Shown one piece after another: positions 61,009-64,000 of a DNA stretch of 64,000 nt. Position 1 is the stretch's first letter. Every line of letters starts with the position of its first letter. Both the position numbers and the translations under genes were made by a program. The stretch lies in assembly GCF_009914755.1 (NCBI RefSeq), contig NC_060938.1, one strand, 5' to 3'. A model generated the notes under the pieces. It saw only the letters and a program-made list of their open reading frames with translations, was not told where the DNA came from and made no database searches. The DNA is from the human T2T-CHM13v2.0 reference genome, Homo sapiens.

Positions 61009-61830
61009 AAATGCCTGACGTGGATGGGATGGAATATAAGTGATGGTTTGTGTGTAATTAAGGAAAGAACTCATAGTTGTAATTTAGTAAAATTCACTAC
61101 AAGGCTGCAACATTTTGATGGACACACACACACACGAGCATACATACATACTGGCTTGTATTTAGTGCAACTAAAATAATAGCTCCATTTCACTAAAATT
61201 CCAGCCCATTATGTTGTGCAAAAATAGCAATTGAGAAGTAATTTTCAGATACTGCTGCTTCTTCCAGTTGCATCATAAATACTTGATATGTTGATGTTCC
61301 TTGTATTTTCAATCATCAATGCTATAGAAGCATTAAGTAGATTTTATTTCTCTATTAAAGTGAATTGTAAACAATAAAATGACTCCCCTAAAAATGTAAA
61401 GGAGTATTAAATAGGATTGATCAGAATTCAACTATATAAGAAGAGTTTTATTAAGAATCAGAATGCAAATTAATATATAAATATCTTAATACTCTGAATC
61501 AGTAGTCTTTTAGCTCACAGTGATTCTATACATTATAGAATTCATTACAGATTATTTTAGTGTGAGGATAAAAAGCACAAAAAATAAAATGTGCTACTTC
61601 ATAATGACAGTTTCTCAAATCAGTTTCCTGGTGCAACTAAATAAAGGACAATTTCATTTTTGTCTAACATGGCTGTGGCTATGAGGTTCAAATAAGAGAC
61701 ATGTTTATTTCATTGCCAATAAATTGTTCAAAACAGGAAAACTGACAGTTTATTTGGATACCAGGGACAACAACAAAATGTTTAGTAGTGATATTAAAAC
61801 TTAGTTGTACATTAGAATTACCCATTAAGA

Positions 61831-64000
<2,170 letters not shown>

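Overview
This is AT-rich, CpG-poor primate (probably human) genomic DNA, intronic or intergenic, made mostly of transposable elements. I can support no host protein-coding exon, RNA gene, CRISPR array or prokaryotic feature. The longer ORFs in the track are LINE-1 ORF1/ORF2 remnants or chance frames in LTR, Alu or AT-rich sequence. Content: one full-length disabled L1PA6/7-like element with target-site duplications (TSDs); a rearranged L1PA15/16-like element with a nested L1PA3/4; several 5'-truncated L1s; two two-LTR THE1A (MaLR) elements; two AluS elements; and MER44, MER5, MER58, MLT1, L2, MIR and old L1M debris. Subfamily names come from my recall of consensus sequences and need RepeatMasker/Dfam confirmation. 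I found no new multi-gene biological system. The most unusual structures are: (1) a MER21 element with the layout of an L1-retrocopied, possibly spliced ERV transcript (R-U5 / short internal part / PPT / U3-R / A-tail) at ~49.3-50.5 kb; (2) an ~85-bp polyadenylated MER41-like LTR end with a perfect 11-bp TSD at ~7.2 kb; (3) a ~150-bp copy of nearby unique DNA pasted into an Alu; (4) an L1 whose ~1.3-kb ORF2 deletion is patched with DNA from another L1 subfamily; (5) several small fold-back and microhomology repair scars.
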